Shown: positions 51,624 to 60,639, numbered from the stretch's first letter. The stretch is 64,000 nucleotides of DNA from an uncultured Pelagibacteraceae bacterium (GCA_902526005.1 CABZIW010000005.1:13255-77254); one strand, 5' to 3'. The notes: a model not told the origin generated them from the sequence alone. A program made the numbers and translations.

Positions 51624-51750
51624 TCAAATCAAAAAAAATACAAAAACAACATCAAAATCAAAAAGACAACAAGTGCCATTAATGGAAAGGTGAGTATTCT
51701 ATAAATAATTTGTAAGAACTGTTTAAAACTAAACTGCTCCATAGGATTAT

Positions 51751-52614
51751 TTAACTAAGAATTATGTCTTCACCATCATCTTTGTTTACAAAGAAATCTG
51801 GAAATGGTTCAGCATCAGGAGTTGCAAGATATTCAGATAAATCGGTCTTACCAGCTTTCATCATCGTACTGTCATCAACACACATGTTTCCTGTAAATTT
51901 TTTGGAATCCTGAGTAAGTATTACATATGCAGCATCACCCATGATAGCAGGTGTTCTGCATTTACTTTTGCCTTGGTCATCCATTGATGCCGCTAAAATA
52001 TTGTTAACAGCAGCTGTATCAATCATCGTTCTTGGCCATAATGAATTTACAGCAATGCCTGATGACTTTAATTCTTCTGACATTCCTAATGTACACATGC
52101 TCATTCCATATTTTGCCATAGTATAAGCTACATGCGGACTAAACCACTGACTTTCCATGTTTAACGGTGGACCCAGGTTTAGAATATGTGGATTGTTTCC
52201 TTTTTTTAAATGAGGAATGCATGACTTAGAAACAAGAAATGTTCCTCTAGTATTAATGTTATGCATTAGATCGTATCTTTTCATTTCTGTATTTACAGTT
52301 GGAGTTAAGCTAATAGCACTTGCATTGTTTACACAAATATCAATACCACCGAATGTTTCTACAGTTTTTTCAACAGCAGCAAGCACCTGATCTTCAAATC
52401 TTATATCTGTTTTAATTCCAATAGCATTACCTCCAGCTTTAATCAAATCCTCAGCAGCAGTAAAAATAGTCCCAGGTAATGTTGGTTGCGGTTCAGTGGT
52501 TTTTGCAATAATTGCAATATTGGCACCATCTTTTGCAGCACGTTCAGCAATTGCATATCCGATGCCTCTAGTAGCACCAGTTATAAATAATGTTTTTCCC
52601 TTGAGATCAGTCAT
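51751..52614 (-). CDS. short-chain dehydrogenase/reductase, HSDL2-like
   Basis: 287 aa with TGATRGIG, NNAS and YxxxK (YTMAKYGMS). It tracks my memory of the SDR domain of eukaryotic HSDL2 along its length (GTIFTAAEDL..., LNLGPPLNM...). Confidence 0.85.
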   Translation of the reverse strand: MTDLKGKTLFITGATRGIGYAIAERAAKDGANIAIIAKTTEPQPTLPGTIFTAAEDLIKAGGNAIGIKTDIRFEDQVLAAVEKTVETFGGIDICVNNASAISLTPTVNTEMKRYDLMHNINTRGTFLVSKSCIPHLKKGNNPHILNLGPPLNMESQWFSPHVAYTMAKYGMSMCTLGMSEELKSSGIAVNSLWPRTMIDTAAVNNILAASMDDQGKSKCRTPAIMGDAAYVILTQDSKKFTGNMCVDDSTMMKAGKTDLSEYLATPDAEPFPDFFVNKDDGEDIILS

Positions 52615-52697
52615 ATTAACTCCTTAAAAAGGTATAAAAATTTGTCATAAAAGTTTCACTAAGATAGTTCATAATATTTTTATTTAAAGGAGTAAAT

Positions 52698-53024
52698 ATG
52701 GCTAAATTTTATATGATGGCAAAATATACCCCAGAAGCCCTTAAAGGATTTTTAAGCAAACCTGAAGATGACAGAAAGGCAGCTGTAACAAAGCTAGTCG
52801 AGTCAGTTGGGGGAAATCTTTTATCTTTTGATATAGTTAGAGGGGACTATGATTTAGTGATGGTTGTAGACTCTATTGATTTTAATTCAGCGGCAGGTGC
52901 AAAAATTGCTGTACAATCTACTGGTATGGCAACTGATGCAGTTATTTTGGAAGCAGTGGATATGACAGAGATTGTTTCCAAAGCAGGTACAGCACTTGGC
53001 AGCTATTCTAAACCAGGAGGTTAA
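52698..53024 (+). CDS. GYD-domain protein
   Basis: 108 aa. MAKFYMMAKYTPEALKG...VRGDYDLVMVVD matches the GYD family pattern. AAAGGAG SD sits 5 nt upstream. Confidence 0.65.
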   Translation: MAKFYMMAKYTPEALKGFLSKPEDDRKAAVTKLVESVGGNLLSFDIVRGDYDLVMVVDSIDFNSAAGAKIAVQSTGMATDAVILEAVDMTEIVSKAGTALGSYSKPGG

Positions 53025-53025
53025 T

Positions 53026-53406
53026 ATGGACGTTAAAGAAGTAGTACAAAGAGGTTATGATTTATTTGGATCTGGAGATATGGAAACATTCTTTGGTGAA
53101 ATAGTTCATGACGACATAACATGGACTTTTCCAGGAGAAGAAGGAAAACATCCATTAGCAGGTGTGCATAAAGGTAAGGAAAATTTCATTGCAAATATGT
53201 CAAAAATCCCTGAGTACTGGGATAATTTTATGGTTACACCGCAAGCAATGATTAGTGAAGGCAACAAAGTATTCGCATTAGTAAAAGGAACTGCTGATGG
53301 TATGGATACTATGTTTGGTCATTACTTTGAAGTTGAGAACAATCAATTCAAAGTCATGATGACTTTTGATGATACGCTTACTGCGTTTAATGCAATGAAG
53401 AAATAA
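53026..53406 (+). CDS. NTF2/SnoaL-like small protein
   Basis: 126 aa from the Met preceded by AGGAGG; the track ORF 52972 start overlaps the upstream gene. Size and the opening VVQRGYDLFGSGDMETFFGEIVHDDITW resemble SnoaL-like (ketosteroid-isomerase-fold) proteins. The fold call is unverified. Confidence 0.55.
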   Translation: MDVKEVVQRGYDLFGSGDMETFFGEIVHDDITWTFPGEEGKHPLAGVHKGKENFIANMSKIPEYWDNFMVTPQAMISEGNKVFALVKGTADGMDTMFGHYFEVENNQFKVMMTFDDTLTAFNAMKK

Positions 53407-53415
53407 GGAGTGTTT

Positions 53416-53766
53416 ATGAGTAGTGTTGAGGTAAAAAGTTTTGCTAATGCCGATGAAATTAATGACAATTTTAATAATGCAAAAATTGAAGCTGTAAATG
53501 TAGGTGGACAACGCATTATGAAATTATCACTTGAACCAGGATGGAAGTGGTCGAATGATATCAAGCCTACAGTGGGCACAGATAGTTGCCAAGCAACGCA
53601 TTTGGGCGTGATTGTGAGTGGAACAGTTGCAGTCAAGCACAACGATGGCACTGAAATGTCTTATACTGCCGGTGATGCGTATTCAATTGCACCTGGTCAC
53701 GATGGATGGGTTGTAGGTGATGATCCTGCTGTTGTGTATGAATTTGCAGGTAAATGGGGTGAGTAA
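53416..53766 (+). CDS. cupin-fold small protein (tentative)
   Basis: 116 aa from the ATG preceded by AAGGAG. Two beta-rich segments have a cupin-motif-2-like stretch, GDAYSIAPGHDGWVV. The canonical motif-1 HxH is absent (only ATHLG), so metal binding is uncertain. Confidence 0.5.
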   Translation: MSSVEVKSFANADEINDNFNNAKIEAVNVGGQRIMKLSLEPGWKWSNDIKPTVGTDSCQATHLGVIVSGTVAVKHNDGTEMSYTAGDAYSIAPGHDGWVVGDDPAVVYEFAGKWGE

Positions 53767-53768
53767 TT

Positions 53769-54146
53769 ATGACAACTAATAAATCGCAATATACTCTTAC
53801 TACTCAATGGATTGTACCAGAAGAAAAGAAATCTGAATTTGAAAGCTTCTTTTCTGAGCATGAGGCGTGGATGAGAGAAACACACAATTTAAGCGGAGAC
53901 AGTGAGCCAAGGATTGTTGACTATTCTGTTTCAAAAGCACCTCAGTATATCGACAATGATTTAGAAAAAGGTCCATCAGGAAAGATAATATATTCCTTAC
54001 ATGAGGTGTACGTTACTGATCAAGGAGCAATGAAGCATTTTGAACTTTGGCAATCACATCCTGCCGCTGAAAAGATGGCAGGCATGGCTGAATATCAAAC
54101 TGATATGTCATTTAATGCTGAAGTAATAGCTTCAATGGAATCATAG
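53769..54146 (+). CDS. hypothetical 125-aa protein (possibly a ferredoxin-like alpha+beta barrel)
   Basis: The ORF starts 2 nt after the previous stop, with a GGGGTGAG SD-like run upstream. I recognise no family motif. The fold suggestion rests only on size and the alternation of hydrophobic strands and helices. Confidence 0.5.
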   Translation: MTTNKSQYTLTTQWIVPEEKKSEFESFFSEHEAWMRETHNLSGDSEPRIVDYSVSKAPQYIDNDLEKGPSGKIIYSLHEVYVTDQGAMKHFELWQSHPAAEKMAGMAEYQTDMSFNAEVIASMES

Positions 54147-54161
54147 AAAGGAAATTTAAAT

Positions 54162-54455
54162 ATGTACGTTATGTTGACACAAAAATTATCCAAAGGTTTT
54201 AAATCATGGAAAGATATGGTTCATGAAAATAAACATAAACTAGAGGGCTTTAAAGGTAGAATTATATTTGCTGGATCTCATGCTGAAGATGATAACTCCA
54301 TGGTAGTTATTATGCATTATGATGATAAAGAAGGACTTATGGCTTTTAAAAACGACGAAGAATTAACTAAAGCCAGGCAAGAGGCAGGAGCTTTAACTGA
54401 GACAACGGTGATGACAGTTATGACTGAAGATGCCCTCTTAAATTTTCCAAGCTAA
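54162..54455 (+). CDS. hypothetical 97-aa protein (possibly a ferredoxin-like alpha+beta barrel)
   Basis: It is the last gene of the five-gene run, with GAAAGGAA upstream. I recognise no family motif. Confidence 0.5.
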   Translation: MYVMLTQKLSKGFKSWKDMVHENKHKLEGFKGRIIFAGSHAEDDNSMVVIMHYDDKEGLMAFKNDEELTKARQEAGALTETTVMTVMTEDALLNFPS

Positions 54456-54459
54456 AATT

Positions 54460-54687
54460 TTAATTGGCTGCAAGTTGAAAGGAATTATCTTCTCTGCAGC
54501 CAGTTCCAATCGATAAACCAAGTTCTTTTATCTCGCTTTCTGAATATTTAGCCTCATCTAAATTATTTAAAACAGCCAAATTTCGATCAATACAACTCTT
54601 GTGCGGTGAAGGAACAAGAGATGTAAAAAAAATGACAAAAACGAAAAGTGCGAATGCTAATGGAACTAAGCCGTATCTATTAATCAT
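54460..54687 (-). CDS. small membrane-anchored protein, hypothetical
   Basis: 75 aa with an N-terminal TM helix (LVPLAFALFVFVIFFTSLV) and two Cys in the soluble part. ATGA-type overlap with the upstream DUF1192-like gene. Confidence 0.45.
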   Translation of the reverse strand: MINRYGLVPLAFALFVFVIFFTSLVPSPHKSCIDRNLAVLNNLDEAKYSESEIKELGLSIGTGCREDNSFQLAAN

Positions 54688-54881
54688 TTTTTGAATAAAC
54701 TTTCGGCATTTAGACGATCTTTTTCTTTAGATGAAATATAGTTTTCAGCTCTCTTTATTTCTGCATTAAGTTCTTTAATATAATCTTTAAGTTCTTCTAT
54801 ACTCAAAGTATCAAAATCAATTTCTTTTGGCTTAATAATTGGCTCTAAATCATCAGTATCCATTAAAGTTGAGTGTTTCAT
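54684..54881 (-). CDS. DUF1192-like small coiled-coil protein
   Basis: 65 aa. LSIEELKDYIKELNAEIKRAENYISSKEKDRLNAESLFKK matches the alphaproteobacterial DUF1192 pattern as I recall it. Confidence 0.55.
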   Translation of the reverse strand: MKHSTLMDTDDLEPIIKPKEIDFDTLSIEELKDYIKELNAEIKRAENYISSKEKDRLNAESLFKK

Positions 54882-54908
54882 TTTTTTGGCAACTTGTTAA
54901 GATTAAAT

Positions 54909-56012
54909 ATGGAAGAAGAAGTCCGTTTTTTTGACAATCGACAGAGATATTTATTATTTGTAACAACTACAAATGAAAAAGCGGTAATAGCTGAAAAGCT
55001 ATCTCATATAATTAATGAATTGAAACCAGTAAAACCAGCTCTAAAAATATTTGATGCTGGAGTAGGTGATGGAGCTGTGTTAATGAATGTGCTTCGAATT
55101 GCCCATCAAAAATTTCCAACTGTTCCTTTTTATGTTTCTTGCAAAGATGTAAGCATGGAAGATGCAAGAATTACAATTGAAAAACTTGCAGACAGATTTG
55201 TTGAACATCCAAATATGGTTTTTACAATATCTAATTTACACTATTCTGAAGCCGGGCATCTCAAATCAAATAACGAGTCTAAGCAACAAAATATGAACTG
55301 GAACAGCATTGCATTAGATGGCGACTCTTCATTTGGCTTCTATGAGCAATTAAGACAGTTGGGCCCACTTTTAAAAGAAAATTGGAGAGTTGAAGAAAAT
55401 AAGCAGGGAAATACAACTTATGAAAATCCATCTGTAATTTGCATATATAGAAAAGATCATGAATTCACATTAGATCAAATAATTCCATCTAAAAACGAGT
55501 CTATCAATGAATTTGATTTAGTTATTGTCTCACAAGCATATCGCTCACGAGCAAGTGTTGAAAAAAAAGTTAATAATGTAATTAAACCTATGGTTAGTTT
55601 GCTAGCGCCAAATGGAAAAATGGTTGCTTTTCACTCTTACGGAAATGACCCTGGTCTAAATGCAATTAATCAACTTTGGCCTGATGAAAATCCATTTCCA
55701 AATAAAGGTCATGACATCATTCAGTATATGAAAAATAACTTAGGTAATGAACTTAATGGTAAAATTCATTTCAGAGAACCAGAGATATTTGAATACAAAC
55801 TGAGGTCGCAGCCAAATGAGATAAACAGTGGTATTGCCACATCATTAGTATTTTCTGCATGGAATGCTTGCACATATGTTGCTCAAATAAGTGATCAAAT
55901 GGTTAAGGAAAAGGAAGCAGATCAAAGTTATATTAAGTGTATTGAGGACATAATTCGTGATCATGACGGATTATGGTTTTATGACGAAATGCTTGTGGCT
56001 GACCGAAAATAA
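54909..56012 (+). CDS. hypothetical protein with a class-I methyltransferase-like GxGxG motif
   Basis: 367 aa from the ATG at 54909; the track's GTG at 54873 would overlap the divergent gene's start. It has a single motif-I-like stretch, KIFDAGVGDGAVL. The rest is unassigned. Confidence 0.45.
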   Translation: MEEEVRFFDNRQRYLLFVTTTNEKAVIAEKLSHIINELKPVKPALKIFDAGVGDGAVLMNVLRIAHQKFPTVPFYVSCKDVSMEDARITIEKLADRFVEHPNMVFTISNLHYSEAGHLKSNNESKQQNMNWNSIALDGDSSFGFYEQLRQLGPLLKENWRVEENKQGNTTYENPSVICIYRKDHEFTLDQIIPSKNESINEFDLVIVSQAYRSRASVEKKVNNVIKPMVSLLAPNGKMVAFHSYGNDPGLNAINQLWPDENPFPNKGHDIIQYMKNNLGNELNGKIHFREPEIFEYKLRSQPNEINSGIATSLVFSAWNACTYVAQISDQMVKEKEADQSYIKCIEDIIRDHDGLWFYDEMLVADRK

Positions 56013-56049
56013 ATATTGAATTTCTCAAAAGCAATTTATATCAGTAAAT

Positions 56050-56568
56050 ATGTTATCTTCTTTAATAGTAGGAGCAGGGTGCTTTTGGGGCGTTGAAGTC
56101 TTATATGAACAAATGCCTGGTGTTATTAATGCAACTTCAGGTTATTCCGGTGGTCATTTAGATAATCCTAGATATGAAGATGTTTTAACTGGTGAGACAG
56201 GTCACGTTGAAGTGGTCAAGATTGATTATGATAGCAGTGAAGTTACTTTTAATGAATTGATTGATACATTTTTTATCATTCATGATCCCACAACCTTAAA
56301 TCGTCAAGGTCCTGATATTGGGGAGCAATATAAATCTATACTTTTTTACAACAGCGAAGATGAAAAAGAAATTATTGAGAGTAAAATTGAAAAAATTGAT
56401 TTATCAGGCAAATTTGAAAACCCAATAGTCACAGAAATTAGAGAAACTGCAGAGTTCTATCCTGCAGAAGAGTACCATCAAGATTATGCAGCGAAAACAG
56501 GCAAGCTATGCTACCAGCAGCTTTATGTTATGTATAATTATTCGCCAATACCAGCTGCAACACCATAA
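56050..56568 (+). CDS. msrA: methionine-S-sulfoxide reductase MsrA
   Basis: 172 aa with the active-site GAGCFWGVE, then GHVEVVKIDYD and EYHQDY. Confidence 0.9.
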   Translation: MLSSLIVGAGCFWGVEVLYEQMPGVINATSGYSGGHLDNPRYEDVLTGETGHVEVVKIDYDSSEVTFNELIDTFFIIHDPTTLNRQGPDIGEQYKSILFYNSEDEKEIIESKIEKIDLSGKFENPIVTEIRETAEFYPAEEYHQDYAAKTGKLCYQQLYVMYNYSPIPAATP

Positions 56569-56569
56569 C

Positions 56570-57454
56570 TTATTTTGCTGAAAAAGTAGGCAGTTGAGGA
56601 TTACTCACTGTTGGAAGCACATATCTACTTTTTGCAATATCTAAACAGTTTTCATTATTGTGATTATAATAATTTGAACTTTTGAAATCTAAATGTTTCG
56701 CTTTATCGTAAGTTTTATTAGATTGTACGCTGTACATTATATCACCAGGTATTGATAAGTGCCCTCCGATGCCGTCATTAATTGTACCTTCATCTTTAAA
56801 AACGAGATGGTCTTCGGCGCACTGTGGTACGGCTCCTAAAACATGCAGGATTTCATGAAGAGCAGCTTTAGCAGTTTCATTAAATTCAGGTTTGAAACCA
56901 CCATTGTTTTCTATACATGATCCGCTTCTTTTTCCGGGGTAATAAAGGGCCGCTGTGTTGGCTGTTATACCTTCCGTTGCATAACTTGGAAGTTGAGAAG
57001 ACGCACATACATCTCTGTTAGAGCCACCATAGATGATGAAATAAACTTTTTTTGGATCATTAAAGCCAAATCGACTTATTGCAGGTTGTAATACATTAAC
57101 TGCCTGAATTCCATGTTTAGATATTTTATCATCATTAATATCCAGTCTTAAAAAGGTTATATCAATTTTATTATCATCTTTACGATCAAATTTAAGATTT
57201 TGACCATCTGCAAATAATCTATCTTTAGTTTTTGAGTTAAACCATTTGTCGATTTGATACATTAACATGCTTATTTTGCTATCAAGATCATAGCCTTTAT
57301 CAACCCCATCTTTTGGCAGAACATACATAACATGAATATTATAACCATCATCAACATCAGGAAGATCAGTGAAGTTTCTTCCTGGTTTTTCATCAGAAAG
57401 CACAGCTGAAGCTAAAAAAAAACTTATTATAGTATAGCTAATAAATATACGCAT
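56570..57454 (-). CDS. secreted protein with an HExxH motif (putative zinc metallopeptidase, family unknown)
   Basis: 294 aa. Signal peptide, then a single HEILHVLG motif followed by CAEDH, and several Cys. I recognise no family. Confidence 0.45.
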   Translation of the reverse strand: MRIFISYTIISFFLASAVLSDEKPGRNFTDLPDVDDGYNIHVMYVLPKDGVDKGYDLDSKISMLMYQIDKWFNSKTKDRLFADGQNLKFDRKDDNKIDITFLRLDINDDKISKHGIQAVNVLQPAISRFGFNDPKKVYFIIYGGSNRDVCASSQLPSYATEGITANTAALYYPGKRSGSCIENNGGFKPEFNETAKAALHEILHVLGAVPQCAEDHLVFKDEGTINDGIGGHLSIPGDIMYSVQSNKTYDKAKHLDFKSSNYYNHNNENCLDIAKSRYVLPTVSNPQLPTFSAK

Positions 57455-57483
57455 ATTTTTAAATCTGATATGGTTTTAATTTA

Positions 57484-58554
57484 ATGAGAAAGTTTATTAC
57501 AAATCCATATTTTAAAAAAGGACTTCCAGGAGACAATGGTATTGATCCTGTTAGTACAGATGTAGAGGCTGTAAAAAAGCTTTTGAGTTTGTGTCCCAAA
57601 GCTGCTGAAACACCCCTAGCGGAATCAGCCAAATTAAGTCATGAATTAGGTATTAAAAAATTATGGTTTAAGGATGAAAGAGACCGAATGGGCCTTGGAA
57701 GCTTTAAGGCCCTTGGTGCAGCGTTTGTAATCGCAAGTGATGCTGCAGAAAATTTAAAATCTTTCAGTAAGGATGCAAAATGGAGCTCGGCTCTAAATGG
57801 AAAAACTTATATATCAGCTAGTGCTGGTAATCATGGGATTTCTCTAGCAGCTGGAGCAAGAATATTTGGAGCAAAGGCAGTAATTTATTTATCTAAAAAT
57901 GTCCCTTCAAGCTTTGCAGATAAAATTAGAAGTTTTGGTGCAGAGGTTGTTATATGCGGCAATGACTATGAAGAGAGTTTAGAGGGTGCAAAGCAAGAAG
58001 CTGAGAAAAACAATTGGATGCTTTTGTCAGATGTAACCTGGGAAGGATACGATCACGGCTTGAGAGTTATGCAGGGATATTTAGTTCTTGCAGATGAAGC
58101 GTGTACAAAATGCGATGAAACTCCAACACATATATTTTTACAAGCCGGAGTGGGAGGTTTTCCTGCATCCATTGCAACCTATATGAGAAAATATTTTGGC
58201 AATGATCCAAAAATCATAATTGTTGAACCTACAAAGGCTCCAGTATTGCTCGAGTCTATAGATAAGGGAGAAGCTGTAACTGTCACAGGTGGAGTTTCTA
58301 ATATGGGACGTTTAGATTGTAAAAGTCCCTCGATAAGAGCTCTATCATCGCTTGCAATTACTTGTACAAATTTTATGACAATCGAAGATGAAGATGCTGA
58401 TATCGCTGTTGAAGAGCTTAGACAAAATGAATTTGATACTTCACCATCTGGTGGCGCTGGTTATGCTGCCATCAAAGAAGCAAAAAAATATCCTGAGAGT
58501 GAAATTGATGAAAATAGTAGAATTTTAATTATTTTAACTGAAAAGCCAGCTTAA
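57484..58554 (+). CDS. PLP-dependent enzyme, diaminopropionate ammonia-lyase-like
   Basis: 356 aa. PLP-Lys in GLGSFKALGAAF, then SAGNHGISLA, and SDVTWEGYDHGLRVMQGYLVLADEA, which mirrors the DpaL motif D-T-x-W-x-GY...IMQGY. Confidence 0.65.
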   Translation: MRKFITNPYFKKGLPGDNGIDPVSTDVEAVKKLLSLCPKAAETPLAESAKLSHELGIKKLWFKDERDRMGLGSFKALGAAFVIASDAAENLKSFSKDAKWSSALNGKTYISASAGNHGISLAAGARIFGAKAVIYLSKNVPSSFADKIRSFGAEVVICGNDYEESLEGAKQEAEKNNWMLLSDVTWEGYDHGLRVMQGYLVLADEACTKCDETPTHIFLQAGVGGFPASIATYMRKYFGNDPKIIIVEPTKAPVLLESIDKGEAVTVTGGVSNMGRLDCKSPSIRALSSLAITCTNFMTIEDEDADIAVEELRQNEFDTSPSGGAGYAAIKEAKKYPESEIDENSRILIILTEKPA

Positions 58555-58599
58555 TTTTTATTATTGAAAATCATTTAAAGTTTATATTTAATTTAGCAA

Positions 58600-59784
58600 A
58601 TGATTACAAAAAGCCTTCTATCTAAAATCATTAAAACAGGTAACCTTACATGGGTAATGCCGAATGGTGAAATCAATACTTACGGCGATGGTACTGGAGA
58701 CCCTATAAAAATAAGAACTACAAATAAATTCTCAGAGATAAAATTATTAATGAACCCTTCAATTCATTTTGGTGAAAGTTATATGAATGGATCACTTGTG
58801 GTAGAGGAGGGACGTATTCATGATTTCTTAAAACTTATTTTTGCTAATACGGAAGTAGATATTGATCATTGGGTAATGAAGCTCTCAAAAATAGTTAGAG
58901 CCATTTCAAATAAATTAACTACAAGCAATTATATTTCTAAATCAAAGAAAAATGTTGCTCATCATTATGATCTTTCTGATAAGCTTTATGATCTGTTTTT
59001 AGATCCAGATAGACAATATTCTTGTGCTTATTTTAATTCCCCAAATGATTCTTTGGAGCAGGCGCAAATTAATAAAAAAGAATTAATTTCAAAGAAGTTA
59101 TTGCTCGAAGAAAATCAATCTGTTTTAGATATTGGTTGCGGTTGGGGTGGGATGGCCTCGCATATTTATAAAAAATCAAACGCAAATGTTGTAGGTGTAA
59201 CTTTATCTGAAGAACAAATTGCATATGCTCAACAGAGAAAAGTGAGAGAGAAGTTGGATAAGGTTGAATACAGACTTCAGGATTACAGGAACGTAAATGA
59301 GAAATATGATCGAATTGTATCTGTTGGTATGTTTGAGCATGTTGGTACAGCACACTATCAGGAATTTTTTAACAAGGTTTATGATCTATTAAACGATAGT
59401 GGAGTGGCTCTTATACATACGATAGGTAGATTAAACGAGCCTGGGAACACTGATCCGTGGATAGATAAATATATTTTTCCTGGAGGATATATTCCAGCGC
59501 TTAGTGAAACAGTTTCTCGAGTTGAGAAATCAGGTTTATCACTGACCGATGTACAAATTTTAAAATTTCATTATGCCGAAACATTAAAAAGATGGAGATA
59601 TAATTTTTACGACAACATGGATAAAGTAAAAGAGATATATGATGATAAATTTTGTAGAATGTGGGACTTCTACCTCTCATCATCTCAAGCTTCCTTTGAA
59701 GAATCAACTTTAGTTGTCTTTCAAATGCAATTATCAAAAAATAAAAAAACCGTTCCTGATAAAAGAGATTACATGCTTGCATAG
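58600..59784 (+). CDS. cfa: cyclopropane-fatty-acyl-phospholipid synthase family methyltransferase
   Basis: 394 aa with HYDLSDKLYDLFLD, YSCAYF, SAM motif VLDIGCGWGGMA and SVGMFEHVG. Confidence 0.85.
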   Translation: MITKSLLSKIIKTGNLTWVMPNGEINTYGDGTGDPIKIRTTNKFSEIKLLMNPSIHFGESYMNGSLVVEEGRIHDFLKLIFANTEVDIDHWVMKLSKIVRAISNKLTTSNYISKSKKNVAHHYDLSDKLYDLFLDPDRQYSCAYFNSPNDSLEQAQINKKELISKKLLLEENQSVLDIGCGWGGMASHIYKKSNANVVGVTLSEEQIAYAQQRKVREKLDKVEYRLQDYRNVNEKYDRIVSVGMFEHVGTAHYQEFFNKVYDLLNDSGVALIHTIGRLNEPGNTDPWIDKYIFPGGYIPALSETVSRVEKSGLSLTDVQILKFHYAETLKRWRYNFYDNMDKVKEIYDDKFCRMWDFYLSSSQASFEESTLVVFQMQLSKNKKTVPDKRDYMLA

Positions 59785-59803
59785 CCGCTGTTAACGGCTA
59801 TGC
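59779..59803. terminator. perfect 9-bp hairpin between convergent genes (possible bidirectional terminator; no U-tract)
   Basis: GCATAGCCG-CTGTTAA-CGGCTATGC spans the cfa stop codon (TAG 59782-59784) and lies 10 nt from the stop of the convergent gene. No T-run follows on either strand, so its function is uncertain. Confidence 0.3.
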
Positions 59804-59812
59804 ATATCTAGA

Positions 59813-60511
59813 TTAATCGTTGAAAACTACAATTCCTTGATCTGTAAAGTTTGCATGTGGTGCCATATTTGAAAACATCCATCTTTGCATTTCATCACTT
59901 GAAAATATATCAAGTGCCTTACCCATATCTACTGGATTTGCAGATGAAAAGTAAACCATGGCATTAGTTGGTAGCGCCTCTGAACCGCATAAAGCACAAG
60001 CTGCAGAAGCAACTAATACAGGTGCACCTAACTCTTGCATTTTTTTCTGCATTTCAGGAAAATTAAGTAAGAAATTTATTCCACTTGTAATTTCAACCAT
60101 CGCATAGGCAACAGTTTGACCAGGAGCAGCATCACCTACAGGTAAATCGTTTGCCCATGTTATATTATCGACATCCGTAAAGTCCAATTCACCAAAAGTG
60201 CTTGCAAACCAATCAGGATTACTTGCTACTAGAGCTTGAGTTGCCATTTGATCTTCATAGCTGTCGTAATAAGCGTGAACAAAAGTTGTATCTAAAGTAT
60301 CATCACCCCTAATTTTTGTTGATGATCTAAAACCTGTATATTTTGCTCCACCTGCCATTGCTTTTTCTTTAAAAGCAATAGTTGCTTCTGATACTTCTTG
60401 AGACGTTAATCCTTTCAATTCCCATACATCCATTATAAATGCCTTGGATGGCAGAACTGTTAACATAAAAACAGTACAAGAAGTTATTATTATTTTTAGA
60501 TATGTATTCAT
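59813..60511 (-). CDS. secreted hypothetical protein
   Basis: 232 aa with a signal peptide (ITSCTVFMLTVLPSKAF). I recognise no motif. Confidence 0.55.
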   Translation of the reverse strand: MNTYLKIIITSCTVFMLTVLPSKAFIMDVWELKGLTSQEVSEATIAFKEKAMAGGAKYTGFRSSTKIRGDDTLDTTFVHAYYDSYEDQMATQALVASNPDWFASTFGELDFTDVDNITWANDLPVGDAAPGQTVAYAMVEITSGINFLLNFPEMQKKMQELGAPVLVASAACALCGSEALPTNAMVYFSSANPVDMGKALDIFSSDEMQRWMFSNMAPHANFTDQGIVVFND

Positions 60512-60639
60512 AGAAATCTCCTTAAAATTTACTAAATTGTAAGGGATCCATGTTTCAAAAATATGATATTTATTACGTTTAATAGATAGTGTTATTAATT
60601 AATAACTTCACTAACTATATGTAATAATTAGATTATTCC

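Noticed and set aside
51496-51693. Track ORF, 65 aa (MMYMVTINAQIVRLILIHVALANIMM...).
   Set aside because: It has no motif, low-complexity hydrophobic and Lys/Thr-rich content, and runs through an A/C-rich tract. It overlaps, in another frame, the 57-aa ORF that has a clean double-CxxC zinc-ribbon pattern. Neither is proven, but this one has nothing in its favour.
53278-53885. Three - strand ORFs (77, 102 and 62 aa) across the small-protein cassette.
   Set aside because: They overlap + strand genes that have SD sites, tight coupling and recognisable folds. Their sequences are low-complexity shadow frames.
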